Assembly: GCA_027315455.1 (NCBI GenBank)
Contig: DAHUXZ010000009.1
Coordinates: 2,714-66,713, forward strand
Length of the DNA stretch: 64,000 nt
Direction of reading: 5' to 3'
Origin: Thermoplasmata archaeon
Lineage (GTDB): Archaea; Thermoplasmatota; Thermoplasmata; Lutacidiplasmatales; UBA184
Below the pieces are notes generated by a model. It was not told the DNA's origin, did no database searches, and saw only the letters and a list, made by a program, of their open reading frames with translations. Both the position numbers and the translations under genes were made by a program. Shown here in pieces: positions 9,368 through 18,593 of the stretch (positions are counted from its first letter, which is position 1; each line of letters starts with the position of its first letter).

Positions 9368-10315
9368 GTGGCGGACCTTTCCACGCGCGTCGCGGGCCTC
9401 GCGCTGCGCAACCCGTTCCTCCTCGCCTCGGGGATCTGGGGCGAGACGGGGGAGTCGCTGCGCGGCGCCTATGAGGCCGGGGCCGGCGGGGTCATCACGA
9501 AATCGATCGGCCGCGCGCCTCGGACCGGCTATCCGAACCCGACCGTGGAGATGTACGACCGCTGGGGGTTCCTCAACGCGATGGGGCTCCCGAACCCCGG
9601 CATCGGGGAGTACCCGCGCGAGATCGCGATCGCCCGCGCCGCGGGCGCCCCGGTCATCGGCTCGGTCTTCGGACACGACGCGGAGGAGTTCGCCGAGCTC
9701 GCCGAGGCGATGGAGGGGGCCGGGGTCGCGGCGCTCGAGCTCAACCTGAGCTGCCCCCACGCCGAGGGTCTGGGCGCGGAGATCGGGTCGGAACCCGAGG
9801 CGGTCGAACGCATCACCCGCGCCGTCGTCAGCCGGACGCGGCTCCCCGTGATCGCGAAGCTCACGCCGAACACCCACGACATCGCCGCGCTCGCCCGCGC
9901 CGCCGAGCGGGGGGGCGCGAGCGCGGTGAGCGCGATCAACACCGTGCGCGGGATGGCGATCGACGTGCACCTTCGGCGCCCGACGCTGGCCCACGGCATG
10001 GGGGGTCTGAGCGGCCCGGCGATCAAGCCGGTCGGGCTCGCCTGCGTCTTCCAGATCCACCGCGCGGTCCGGATCCCTGTGATCGGGGTCGGCGGGATCG
10101 TCACCGCCGAGGACGCCCTCGAATACCTCCTCGCGGGGGCCCGCGCCGTTCAGATCGGGACCGCCGTCGCCTTGGACGGGATCGGGGTCTTCGGGACCCT
10201 GGTCCGGGACCTGGGCCGGCGCCTGGACGAGCTCGGGGTCGCCGGCCTCGAAGAGCTCATCGGGGCGGCCCACCGGACCGAGGCCGCGTCTTCGGGGACC
10301 GGCGACGCGTTATAG
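9368..10315 (+). CDS. pyrD: Dihydroorotate dehydrogenase 1B catalytic subunit
   Basis: NPFLLASG, GYPNPT, NAMGLPNPG, ELNLSCPH, KLTPN, INT, GGLSG. GTG start at 9368. Confidence 0.95.
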   Translation: MADLSTRVAGLALRNPFLLASGIWGETGESLRGAYEAGAGGVITKSIGRAPRTGYPNPTVEMYDRWGFLNAMGLPNPGIGEYPREIAIARAAGAPVIGSVFGHDAEEFAELAEAMEGAGVAALELNLSCPHAEGLGAEIGSEPEAVERITRAVVSRTRLPVIAKLTPNTHDIAALARAAERGGASAVSAINTVRGMAIDVHLRRPTLAHGMGGLSGPAIKPVGLACVFQIHRAVRIPVIGVGGIVTAEDALEYLLAGARAVQIGTAVALDGIGVFGTLVRDLGRRLDELGVAGLEELIGAAHRTEAASSGTGDAL

Positions 10316-10336
10316 GGCGTCGGGCCTCGACCGGCC

Positions 10337-11110
10337 GTGCGCCGCATCGTCCCTGTCTCGGATCGGACCGTGGAGACGCCGAGCACCGTGACGCTGCGCT
10401 TCGTGGACGACCGGCCGGCGGCCCCCGGGCAGTTCGTGATGCTTTGGGTCCCCGGGGACGACGAGATCCCGATGTCGCTGTCCTACGTCGGACCGCGCAA
10501 AGGGGTCACGGTCAAGGTGATGGGGGCGACCAGCCGCCACATCCAGGGGATCTCCCCCGGCACCCCCCTCGGCATCCGGGGCCCGTACGGGAACGCCTTC
10601 GACCTGACCCCCCACCGCGTGCTCCTCGTCGCGGGCGGCTCCGGCGCGGCGGTCCTCGCTCCCGCCGCGGAGGCGCTTGGCGCCCGGGGCGGCGAGGTCG
10701 AGGTCGCCCTCGGGGCGACGACCGCCTCCGAGCTGCTCTTCGAGGAACGGTTCGCGGCGATGGGGGCGGCGGTCCACGTGGCGACCGACGACGGCTCTCG
10801 CGGGGAGCGGGGATTCGTGACCCGGCTCGTCGGCGGGCTCCTCGATCGCGGGCGGTTCGACGCGGTCTGGACCTGCGGGCCCGAGGTGATGATGCAGAAG
10901 GTGATCGCCGCCGCGCAGGGGAGCGGGGTCCCCGTCGTCTGCTCGGTCGAGCGCTGGATGAAGTGCGCTCTCGGCCTCTGCGATGCGTGCGCGCTCGGCC
11001 CGTTCCACGTGTGTGTGGACGGTCCGGTCTTCCCCGCCGAACGCCTCTCCCCGATCCCCGAGTTCGGCCACACGAAGCACGACGCCGCCGGCCGGCGGGT
11101 CCCGGGGTAG
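10337..11110 (+). CDS. pyrK: Dihydroorotate dehydrogenase electron transfer subunit
   Basis: PGQFVMLWVPG, IRGPYGNAF, CGPEVM, MKCALGLCDAC...VCVDGPVF. Confidence 0.93.
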   Translation: MRRIVPVSDRTVETPSTVTLRFVDDRPAAPGQFVMLWVPGDDEIPMSLSYVGPRKGVTVKVMGATSRHIQGISPGTPLGIRGPYGNAFDLTPHRVLLVAGGSGAAVLAPAAEALGARGGEVEVALGATTASELLFEERFAAMGAAVHVATDDGSRGERGFVTRLVGGLLDRGRFDAVWTCGPEVMMQKVIAAAQGSGVPVVCSVERWMKCALGLCDACALGPFHVCVDGPVFPAERLSPIPEFGHTKHDAAGRRVPG

Positions 11111-11159
11111 CCCCGGGCCCAGAGCAAGGTCTTTTGACCGCCGCCCGCTAAGGGGGCCG

Positions 11160-11819
11160 ATGCGTCGGGGCCGGTTTGTCATCGGGATCGTTCTTCTGCT
11201 GATCGGCCTGGTCCTGGTGGTCCTGCCCTTCGTCGCGACGACGACGGAGTCGGTCGCCCCGAGCCAGGTGCTGACCCTGACGCCGGCGTTCGTCGGCTCG
11301 GGCACGGTCACGGTCAGCTGGTCGGGGGCGCCGACCTCGACCTTCGTCAAGCTCTATTCCTGCGCGACGTCGGTCTGCGACTCCGGTTCGACGGTCGCCA
11401 CCGGCCAGGGCGGCTCGGGGTCGTTCTCCGCCTCGCTCTCCTCCGGTCAGACCTACGGGATCCAGGTCACGGGGACCGGGAGCGCCGCGGTCACCCTCAC
11501 CCTTCGGACCCTCGGTCTCACGATCCCGATGATCGCCGGCATCGTCCTCCTCCTGGTGGGGATCGTGGTCGTCGCGCTGAGCTTCCGCCGCCCGGCCCAC
11601 GACGCGACGCCCGGCGGTGAGGCGCCGCCCGCTCCGCAGGGAGCCGCCGAGGGGGCGCCGGCCCCTGAGCCCGAGGAGACGGTCGCGTCCCCGACCCCCA
11701 CCCCGCCCGCCGCGGGAGGCAGTCGGCCGCCCCTCACCTGCGCGCACTGCGGCGCCGTCAACGAGGTCTGGCTGACGAACTGCCGCACCTGTAAGCGCCC
11801 GCTCAAGACGACGGGGTAG
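11160..11819 (+). CDS. Membrane protein: N-terminal TM/signal, Ser/Thr-rich domain, TM, Pro-rich linker, C-terminal C4 zinc finger
   Basis: Two hydrophobic segments; CAHCGAVNEVWLTNCRTC at the C-terminus. ATG at 11160. Confidence 0.75.
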   Translation: MRRGRFVIGIVLLLIGLVLVVLPFVATTTESVAPSQVLTLTPAFVGSGTVTVSWSGAPTSTFVKLYSCATSVCDSGSTVATGQGGSGSFSASLSSGQTYGIQVTGTGSAAVTLTLRTLGLTIPMIAGIVLLLVGIVVVALSFRRPAHDATPGGEAPPAPQGAAEGAPAPEPEETVASPTPTPPAAGGSRPPLTCAHCGAVNEVWLTNCRTCKRPLKTTG

Positions 11820-11912
11820 TTCGCTCCGGACGGGGCCGGCGACCGCCCGCGACGCGGGCGCCGGGCGCTGACTTTAAGGTCGGACCCCGCTACCAGCGCG
11901 GGGGGGAGCGGT

Positions 11913-13547
11913 GTGAAGGTCATTGTCGTGAGCGGGGGCGTGATCTCGGGCTTGGGCAAGGGGATCACGACCTCGTCGCTCGGGCGCCTGCTCAAGGCGC
12001 GCGGCATCCCCGTCACGATCCTCAAGATCGACCCCTACCTCAACGTCGACGCCGGCACGATGAACCCCTACCAGCACGGCGAGGTGTTCGTGCTGGACGA
12101 CGGGACCGAGGCCGACCTTGACCTCGGCAACTACGAGCGCTTCCTCGGCCAGAGCCTGGTCGGGACGCACAACCTCACCACGGGGAAGATCTACCGCTCC
12201 GTCATCGAGAAGGAGCGGCGGGGCGATTACCTGGGCAACACCGTCCAGATCATCCCGCACGTCACCGGGGAGATCAAGCGGACGATCCGGGAGGTTGCCC
12301 AGGCCTCGGGGGCCGAGGTCGTCCTGGTCGAGGTCGGGGGGACCGTCGGCGACATCGAGTCGATGCCGTTCCTGGAGGCGTTGCGGGAGCTCTCCTACGA
12401 GCTCGGCGAGGGGCACGTCGCCTTCGTCCACACCACGCTCGTCCCGGTCGTCGGTCCCGTCGGCGAGGCGAAGACGAAGCCGACGCAGCACTCGGTGCGT
12501 GAGCTGAGGGCGATCGGCATTCGCCCCACGATGATCATCGCCCGCGGGCCGACGCCCCTCGCGCCGGACATCAAAGCGAAGATCTCCCTCTTCTGCGATG
12601 TCGCGCCCGAGGCCGTCATCTCCGTCCCGGACCAGTCGATCATCTACGAGGTCCCCCTCGTCCTCGAGGCGCAAGGCGTCGGAACCCACCTCACCCGCCT
12701 CCTCGGCCTGCCGGACCGCGAGCCCGACTACGCCGCGTGGAAGGAGTTCCTCGCGACGTACCGGCGCGAGGAGGGCTCGGTGGAGGTCGCCGTCGTGGGG
12801 AAGTACACGGACCTGCGGGACGCGTATCTCTCCCACATCGAGGCGTTCCACCACGTCCAGGGCCGGCTCGGCTGCGCGATCCGCCTCCAGTGGTACGACG
12901 CGGAGGACCTTCCGCGCAACCCGGGGGCCCTCGGCCGCCTGAAGCGGTCCGACGCCATCCTCGTCCCGGGTGGCTTCGGGACCCGCGGGGTGGAGGGCAA
13001 GGCCCAGGCGATCGAGATCGCGCGGACGGACGGGATCCCCTTCCTCGGCATCTGCTACGGCTTCCAGATGGCGGCCGTCGAGTTCGCCCGCCACGCCCTG
13101 AACCTTCCCTCGGCCAACACGACCGAGGTCGACCCCCACACCCCCGACCCCGTCGTCTGCCTCCTCGAGGAGCAGAAGGCGCTCACGGGCCTCGGCGGGA
13201 CGATGCGTCTCGGCGCCCAGCGGGTCGTCCTCACGGAGGGCTCGCGCGTCGCCCACGCCTACGGCCGTACCGAGGTCTGGGAGCGCCACCGTCACCGCTA
13301 CGAGATCAACCCGAGCTACCTCGAGCGGTTCCGCGAGCACGGGCTCGTCGTCTCCGGCCGGGCCGTGGACGGCCGTGTCGAGGTCCTGGAGCTCGAGACC
13401 CATCCCTTCTTCCTCGGGGTGCAGTACCACCCCGAGTTCCTCTCCCGACCCGAGGCCCCCCACCCGCTCTTCCTCGAGCTCGTCCGGGCGGCGCTCGCAC
13501 GCAAGGAGGTGCCCGCCCCTGTCGTTGCCCCGCCGGCTGGCGCGTGA
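11913..13547 (+). CDS. pyrG: CTP synthase
   Basis: [51 protein letters not shown]. Confidence 0.98.
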   Translation: MKVIVVSGGVISGLGKGITTSSLGRLLKARGIPVTILKIDPYLNVDAGTMNPYQHGEVFVLDDGTEADLDLGNYERFLGQSLVGTHNLTTGKIYRSVIEKERRGDYLGNTVQIIPHVTGEIKRTIREVAQASGAEVVLVEVGGTVGDIESMPFLEALRELSYELGEGHVAFVHTTLVPVVGPVGEAKTKPTQHSVRELRAIGIRPTMIIARGPTPLAPDIKAKISLFCDVAPEAVISVPDQSIIYEVPLVLEAQGVGTHLTRLLGLPDREPDYAAWKEFLATYRREEGSVEVAVVGKYTDLRDAYLSHIEAFHHVQGRLGCAIRLQWYDAEDLPRNPGALGRLKRSDAILVPGGFGTRGVEGKAQAIEIARTDGIPFLGICYGFQMAAVEFARHALNLPSANTTEVDPHTPDPVVCLLEEQKALTGLGGTMRLGAQRVVLTEGSRVAHAYGRTEVWERHRHRYEINPSYLERFREHGLVVSGRAVDGRVEVLELETHPFFLGVQYHPEFLSRPEAPHPLFLELVRAALARKEVPAPVVAPPAGA

Positions 13548-14829
13548 GCTCAGCGCGCTCGACGGAACGGTCGTCCGGATCGGCGGCCACCTCGAGGACT
13601 ACCGCGCGCTCGGCGGCGTCGCGTTCGCGATCGTCCGGGACGGCTCCGGGACGGTCCAGGTCACCCTCAAGAAGGGCTCGACCGACCCCGCGCTGTTCGC
13701 CCTCCTCGAGACCCTGCCGCGGGAGTCCGTTCTCCGCGTCGACGGGACCGTTCGCCGGTCGGAGAAGGCCCGGCGGGGGGTCGAGCTCGTCCCGAGCGCG
13801 ATCGAGGTGCTGAGCGCGGCCGAGGTGCCGCTGCCCCTCGGGGTCGTCGACAAGGTCGGCGCCGAGCTGGACACTCGCCTCAACCACCGCGTCCTCGACC
13901 TGCGTAAGCCCGGGGTCCGGCAGGTCTTCGAGCTCCGGAGCGCGCTGCTCGCAGGGCTCCGTCACGCCTTCCGGGCGCGGGGGTTTCTCGAGGTGGAGAC
14001 GCCGAAGCTCCTCCGTCAGGGCGCGGAGGGCGGGGCGACGCTCTTCCCCGTCGAGTACTTCGAGGAGCGCGCCTACCTCGCCCAGAGCCCCCAGCTCTAC
14101 AAGCAGATGCTGATGAGCGCGGGGTTCGAGCGCGTGTTCGAGATCGCCCCCGCGTTCCGGGCCGAGCCGTCGGACACCGTGCGCCACATCACCGAGTTCA
14201 CGAGCCTCGACGCGGAGATGGCCTACATCGATTCCGCCGACGACCTCCGGACGGCCCTCGAGGGGATCCTGGCGGACGCGATCGGTGAGGCCCGGGGCGC
14301 CCTCGCGGGCCTCGGCCACCCCCTCGCCGCCGCGCTCCCCGAGGTGCGAACGCCGTTCCCGCGGTTCCCTTTCCGCGAGGTCGAAGGCTGGCTGGGACGA
14401 CCGGGGGCGGACCGGGACCTCTCGACCGAGGACGAGAAGAAGGTCGGGGAGGTCGCGGAGAAGGAGCACGGGGCCTCCTTCTACTACATCACCGAGTTTC
14501 CGACGGCCGTCAAGATCGCGACCTTCTACGCCCGGCGCCAGGACGACCACCCGGACCTCACGGGCTACTTCGACCTCGGCTATCGGGGCCTCGAGCTCGC
14601 GAGCGGGGGCCCGCGCGAGCACCGTCTCGCCCGCCTCCTCGACAACTTCCGGGCCGCGGGGGTCGACACGGCCGGCTTCGCCGGCTACCTCGAGGCGTTC
14701 CGGTTCGGCATGCCGCCGCACGGGGGATGGGGGCTCGGCCTCGACCGCCTCGTCTGGGTCCTCGCGGGGGTCGCCAACATCCGTGAGGCACGATTATTCC
14801 CTCGCGACCGTTACCGCCTGGAGCCGTAG
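13525..14829 (+). CDS. aspS: Archaeal-type aspartyl-tRNA synthetase
   Basis: OB fold, [48 protein letters not shown] start at 13525 is inferred. Confidence 0.9.
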   Translation: MPRRLARELSALDGTVVRIGGHLEDYRALGGVAFAIVRDGSGTVQVTLKKGSTDPALFALLETLPRESVLRVDGTVRRSEKARRGVELVPSAIEVLSAAEVPLPLGVVDKVGAELDTRLNHRVLDLRKPGVRQVFELRSALLAGLRHAFRARGFLEVETPKLLRQGAEGGATLFPVEYFEERAYLAQSPQLYKQMLMSAGFERVFEIAPAFRAEPSDTVRHITEFTSLDAEMAYIDSADDLRTALEGILADAIGEARGALAGLGHPLAAALPEVRTPFPRFPFREVEGWLGRPGADRDLSTEDEKKVGEVAEKEHGASFYYITEFPTAVKIATFYARRQDDHPDLTGYFDLGYRGLELASGGPREHRLARLLDNFRAAGVDTAGFAGYLEAFRFGMPPHGGWGLGLDRLVWVLAGVANIREARLFPRDRYRLEP

Positions 14830-14841
14830 GAGGACGCTCAG

Positions 14842-16953
14842 ATGGTCGCCGCCGGCCGCACCCTTCCCGCGGGCCCCGAGCTCGTGGGGCGATGGGTCCA
14901 GGTCCTCGAGGAGGAGGTGCTGCGCCCCCGCATCCTGGAGATCGCGGACCGCTACCCGGAGGAGCGCTCCCTCGAGGTCGCGTTCGGACGCATCGAGGGG
15001 GTCGACACGGCGCTCGCCGACCTGCTCCTCGAGCGACCGGAGGAGGTCCTCGGGGCCGGCTCGCGGGCGATGCGCGAGCTCGTCCCCGTCGCCGGGCCCG
15101 AGGCCGAGGGCCTGCGGATGCGGATCACGGGCCTCCCGACGACCGTGCGGCGGCTGATCCGCTCGATCCGGGAGACCGACCTCAACCGATTCCTGGCCGT
15201 CGACGGGATCGTGCGCAAGGCGACGGAGGTCCGCCCGCAGATCCGGGACGCGGTGTTCAACTGCCTCGCCTGCCGCCAGGACATCCACGAGATCCAGGAC
15301 GACGGGGCGCTGATGCTGCGCGAGCCGAACGAGTGCCCGCACTGCGGCAAGCCCGTGGGCCGCACCCGCTTCCGCCTTCTTCCCGAGAAGTCCACCTACA
15401 TCGACTCGCAGCGCATCGAGGTCCAGGAGAACCCGGAGAACCTCAAGGGGGGCGCCCACCCGCAGGGGCTCACCGTCCTCCTGACCGAGGACCTCACGGG
15501 CCGGGTGATCCCCGGCAACCGCGTCGTCGTCAACGGCGTCCTCAAGAGCCAGCAGCGGGCGTCGGCGTCGCGGACCGGGCTCCTCCGCTCGACGACGTTC
15601 GACCTCATGCTCCTCGGCAACTCGCTCGAGTACAAGCAGCAGGAGTACGAGGAGATCGCGATCTCCGAGGAGGAGGAGCAGCTCATCCTGCGCTTCCGCG
15701 GCGACCCGACGGTCGTCGACACGATCGTGCTGTCGCTCGCCCCGACGATCAAGGGGATGGAGGACGAAAAGGAGGCGATCGCCCTCCAGCTCTTCGGGGG
15801 GGTCGAGAAGCGGCACTCCGACGGCGTCCGCATCCGCGGCGACATCCACGTCCTCCTCATCGGGGACCCGGGGACGGCGAAGAGCCAGCTCCTCCGCTAC
15901 ATCGCCGACGTGGCCCCGCGCGGGATCTACACGAGCGGCAAGGGGGCGACCGCCGCCGGGCTGACGGCCGCCGCGGTCAAGGACGACTTCGCCGGCGGCC
16001 GGTGGGTCCTCGAGGCGGGGATGCTCGTCCTCGCCGACGGGGGGATCGCCGTGGTCGACGAGCTCGACAAGATGACCCCCGAGGACCGCTCGGCGATGCA
16101 CGAGGCTCTCGAGCAGCAGACGGTCTCCGTCGCGAAGGCCGGCATCACGGCGACGCTCAACGCCCGTTGCCCCGTCCTCGCCGCGGCGAACCCGAAGTGG
16201 GGCCGATTCAACACCGAGAAGTTCATCAGCGAGCAGATCGACCTTCCCCCGACCCTCCTCTCGCGCTTCGACGTGATCTTCTCGATCCAGGACCGGCCCG
16301 ACCACGAGCGCGACCGGATCCTCGCGAACCGCATCCTCCTCTCGCACCAGGAGGGCGAGCACCGCGAGGTGATGCGTGGCGCCGGCGAGACCCCCGGCGC
16401 CGGCGACGCGCCGTTCTCCCCGGAGTTCCTGCGCAAGTTCATCGCGTACGCCCGGCGCACCGTCCGCCCGGTCCTGTCGAACGAGGCGCTCCAGGCCCTC
16501 GAGGACTTCTACGTCAAGGTCCGGGGCAAGGGGGAGGAGCCGAACTCCCCGGTCCCGATCACCGCCCGCCAGCTCGAGGCGCTCGTGCGCCTGAGCGAGG
16601 CCGCGGCCAGGGCGCGGCTCTCGCCGGTGGTGAGCCTCGCCGACGCCGAGCGGGCGACCCGGCTGTTCCAGAAGTTCCTCGACCGCATCACCCCGCCGAA
16701 CGAGAAGCTCGACATCGACGTCGTCACGACCGGCGTCTCGCGCAGCCAGCGCGAGCGCATCGACATCGTCCAGGGGGTGATGCGCCGCCTCCAGGAGGAG
16801 GGCGGCGGATCCTTCACCCTGGCGGAGGTCAGGGACGCCGCCGAGCGCGAGGGGGTCCCCGGCGGCCGGACCGAGGCGCTCTTCCAGATGCTCCGCAACC
16901 AGGGCGAGCTCATCGAGGTCCGCCCCGACCGCTGGCAGCTCGTGCGCTTCTGA
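14842..16953 (+). CDS. mcm: Replicative helicase MCM
   Basis: Zn finger CLAC..CPHC, RGDIHVLLIGDPGTAKSQ, DELDKM, AAANP, LLSRFD, ITARQLE. No intein seen. Confidence 0.97.
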   Translation: MVAAGRTLPAGPELVGRWVQVLEEEVLRPRILEIADRYPEERSLEVAFGRIEGVDTALADLLLERPEEVLGAGSRAMRELVPVAGPEAEGLRMRITGLPTTVRRLIRSIRETDLNRFLAVDGIVRKATEVRPQIRDAVFNCLACRQDIHEIQDDGALMLREPNECPHCGKPVGRTRFRLLPEKSTYIDSQRIEVQENPENLKGGAHPQGLTVLLTEDLTGRVIPGNRVVVNGVLKSQQRASASRTGLLRSTTFDLMLLGNSLEYKQQEYEEIAISEEEEQLILRFRGDPTVVDTIVLSLAPTIKGMEDEKEAIALQLFGGVEKRHSDGVRIRGDIHVLLIGDPGTAKSQLLRYIADVAPRGIYTSGKGATAAGLTAAAVKDDFAGGRWVLEAGMLVLADGGIAVVDELDKMTPEDRSAMHEALEQQTVSVAKAGITATLNARCPVLAAANPKWGRFNTEKFISEQIDLPPTLLSRFDVIFSIQDRPDHERDRILANRILLSHQEGEHREVMRGAGETPGAGDAPFSPEFLRKFIAYARRTVRPVLSNEALQALEDFYVKVRGKGEEPNSPVPITARQLEALVRLSEAAARARLSPVVSLADAERATRLFQKFLDRITPPNEKLDIDVVTTGVSRSQRERIDIVQGVMRRLQEEGGGSFTLAEVRDAAEREGVPGGRTEALFQMLRNQGELIEVRPDRWQLVRF

Positions 16954-17008
16954 GCCGCCGAGAAGGGTGATAACCCCCTCCCCCTTCCTTCGGGCAGGAG
17001 CGGGGCCC

Positions 17009-17323
17009 GTGGCCGAGGACGGGATCGTCATGCGCATCCACCGGGTCCGCGCCGAGGTCGTCGTCGCCGCCTGCGATTGCGAGCTCGTCGGGCAGGACCT
17101 CCCCGTCGGGGCCGCCGGGCGGACGGTCCGCATCTCGGCCGACTTCTACGGCGAACGGGTCGTCTCCCGCGAGGAGCTCCTCTGGGCGCTGCGGCGGGCG
17201 ACGGTCGTGAACCTCTTGGGCCGCCGGGTCATCGAGGTCGCGCGGAGTGAAGGGCTCGTCGCCGACGGGGGGCTCGGGAGCCTCGGCGGGCACCCCCACG
17301 CCGAGGTCTTCGCGATGCTATAG
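17009..17323 (+). CDS. DUF424 family protein
   Basis: VVVAACDCELVG...ADFYG...ATVVNLLG...GGHPHA. GTG 17009 follows AGGAG. Confidence 0.85.
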   Translation: MAEDGIVMRIHRVRAEVVVAACDCELVGQDLPVGAAGRTVRISADFYGERVVSREELLWALRRATVVNLLGRRVIEVARSEGLVADGGLGSLGGHPHAEVFAML

Positions 17324-17334
17324 TGAGGGGCGAC

Positions 17335-18147
17335 ATGTCCGGGGAGTTCTGCGTCGTCTGCGGGCGGACGGACGTCCCCCTCGAGGAGGGGGTCTGCCCG
17401 GACTGCTTCGCCGCCCGCCACGTCCTCGTCGACGCCCCGGGGCGCCCGACGGTCGTCCTCTGCCCGACGTGCGGGGCGCGCAAGGTCGGCGAGCACTGGG
17501 AGCGGGCCGGGGCGAGCCCGACCCTCCTTGCCGCCGAGGACCTCACTCCGCTGCTGCGGATCTTCCCCGATGTGGCCGTGCGTCGGGTCCGCTGGCAGGA
17601 GGTCAGCGAGGACAAGATCCTGCGGGAGTACCACGGCGAGGCCGACGTCCGCTTCCGGGGGACGGAGCGGACCGTGGCCTTCGCTCTCCGCCTCAAGGTC
17701 CAGCACCGGACGTGCCCGGAGTGCTCGCGCCTCTCGGGGCGGTTCTTCACCGCGATCCTCCAGCTCCGCGGCCCCGAGGGCCGCCAGCGCCTGCCCCCGC
17801 GGGAGCTTCGGGCCGCGCTGGGGTCGCCGTTCGACTCGATCGTCGCCGAGACCCCGAAGGCGTGGCGGCAGGCGCTCTCGTGGAAGGAGGCGCTCCCCGA
17901 AGGGTGGGACTACTACCTCACCGACACCACCAGCGCGCGCGCGCTCGCCCGGCACCTCAAGGTGAGGCTCGGGGCGACCTTGAGCGAGTCCGCGACCCTC
18001 TGGGGCCGCAAGGATGGCCGCGACGTCTACCGGGTCACCTTCTGCCTGCGGCTGCCGGTGGGGACCCGCCGCCGCCCGGCGACGGCCGGGGGGGCGGAGG
18101 ACGGGGACGGACGGCCGGCCCCTCGGCGAGTCGAACGGCATGCTTAA
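17335..18147 (+). CDS. NMD3-family ribosome biogenesis protein
   Basis: CVVCG..CPDC, CPTCG, CPECSRLSGRFFTAILQLR, EGWDYYL, LWGRKDGRDVYRVT. Confidence 0.88.
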   Translation: MSGEFCVVCGRTDVPLEEGVCPDCFAARHVLVDAPGRPTVVLCPTCGARKVGEHWERAGASPTLLAAEDLTPLLRIFPDVAVRRVRWQEVSEDKILREYHGEADVRFRGTERTVAFALRLKVQHRTCPECSRLSGRFFTAILQLRGPEGRQRLPPRELRAALGSPFDSIVAETPKAWRQALSWKEALPEGWDYYLTDTTSARALARHLKVRLGATLSESATLWGRKDGRDVYRVTFCLRLPVGTRRRPATAGGAEDGDGRPAPRRVERHA

Positions 18148-18192
18148 GAAGCGACCCCCCCTCCAAACCGGCAGGCCCGGGGAGACCCCACG

Positions 18193-18573
18193 ATGCTGAG
18201 CAGAAAAGGGATCCTTCGACGACACCATGGCGCCGACACCCTCGAGGAGGGCACGTTCCTCGACCTCGGGACGATGCCGTTCGAGGACGAGGCCGCGGGC
18301 CTCGCCGGCGCGAAGAGCAATGTCCGGCTGGTCGAGATCCTCCGCTTCGAGGACCTCCACCACGCGACGAAGCTCGCCTACCAGGGTGACATCGTGATCC
18401 TCGACTACACCTCGATCGCCAACGACCAGGTCGCCGTCCGGCGGATGAGCCTCGACCTGAAGAACGTCGCGAAGGACACCGGCGGCGACGTCGCCGGGAT
18501 CGCGAAGAACCTGCTCGCGCTCACGCCCGCCGGCATCCGGATCGACCGGCAGAAGATCCGGCCGTCGTTCTGA
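18193..18573 (+). CDS. sepF: Cell division protein SepF (archaeal type)
   Basis: YQGDIVILD...LKNVAKDTGGDVAGI..NLLALTPAGIRIDR. Confidence 0.85.
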   Translation: MLSRKGILRRHHGADTLEEGTFLDLGTMPFEDEAAGLAGAKSNVRLVEILRFEDLHHATKLAYQGDIVILDYTSIANDQVAVRRMSLDLKNVAKDTGGDVAGIAKNLLALTPAGIRIDRQKIRPSF

Positions 18574-18593
18574 ACCGGTCCGGGGAACGGGCG

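Noticed and set aside
6610-9474. Very long antisense or alternative-frame ORFs (also 7265..10273, 27330..30743, 31343..34177, 57127..59703 and others)
   Set aside because: They shadow well-supported genes, have Arg/Gly/Pro-rich composition without motifs, and are expected from stop-codon scarcity at this GC content.
14842-16953. Intein in MCM or a replication origin beside it
   Set aside because: 703 aa with contiguous motifs; flanks are short with no ORB-like repeats or AT-rich unwinding element.
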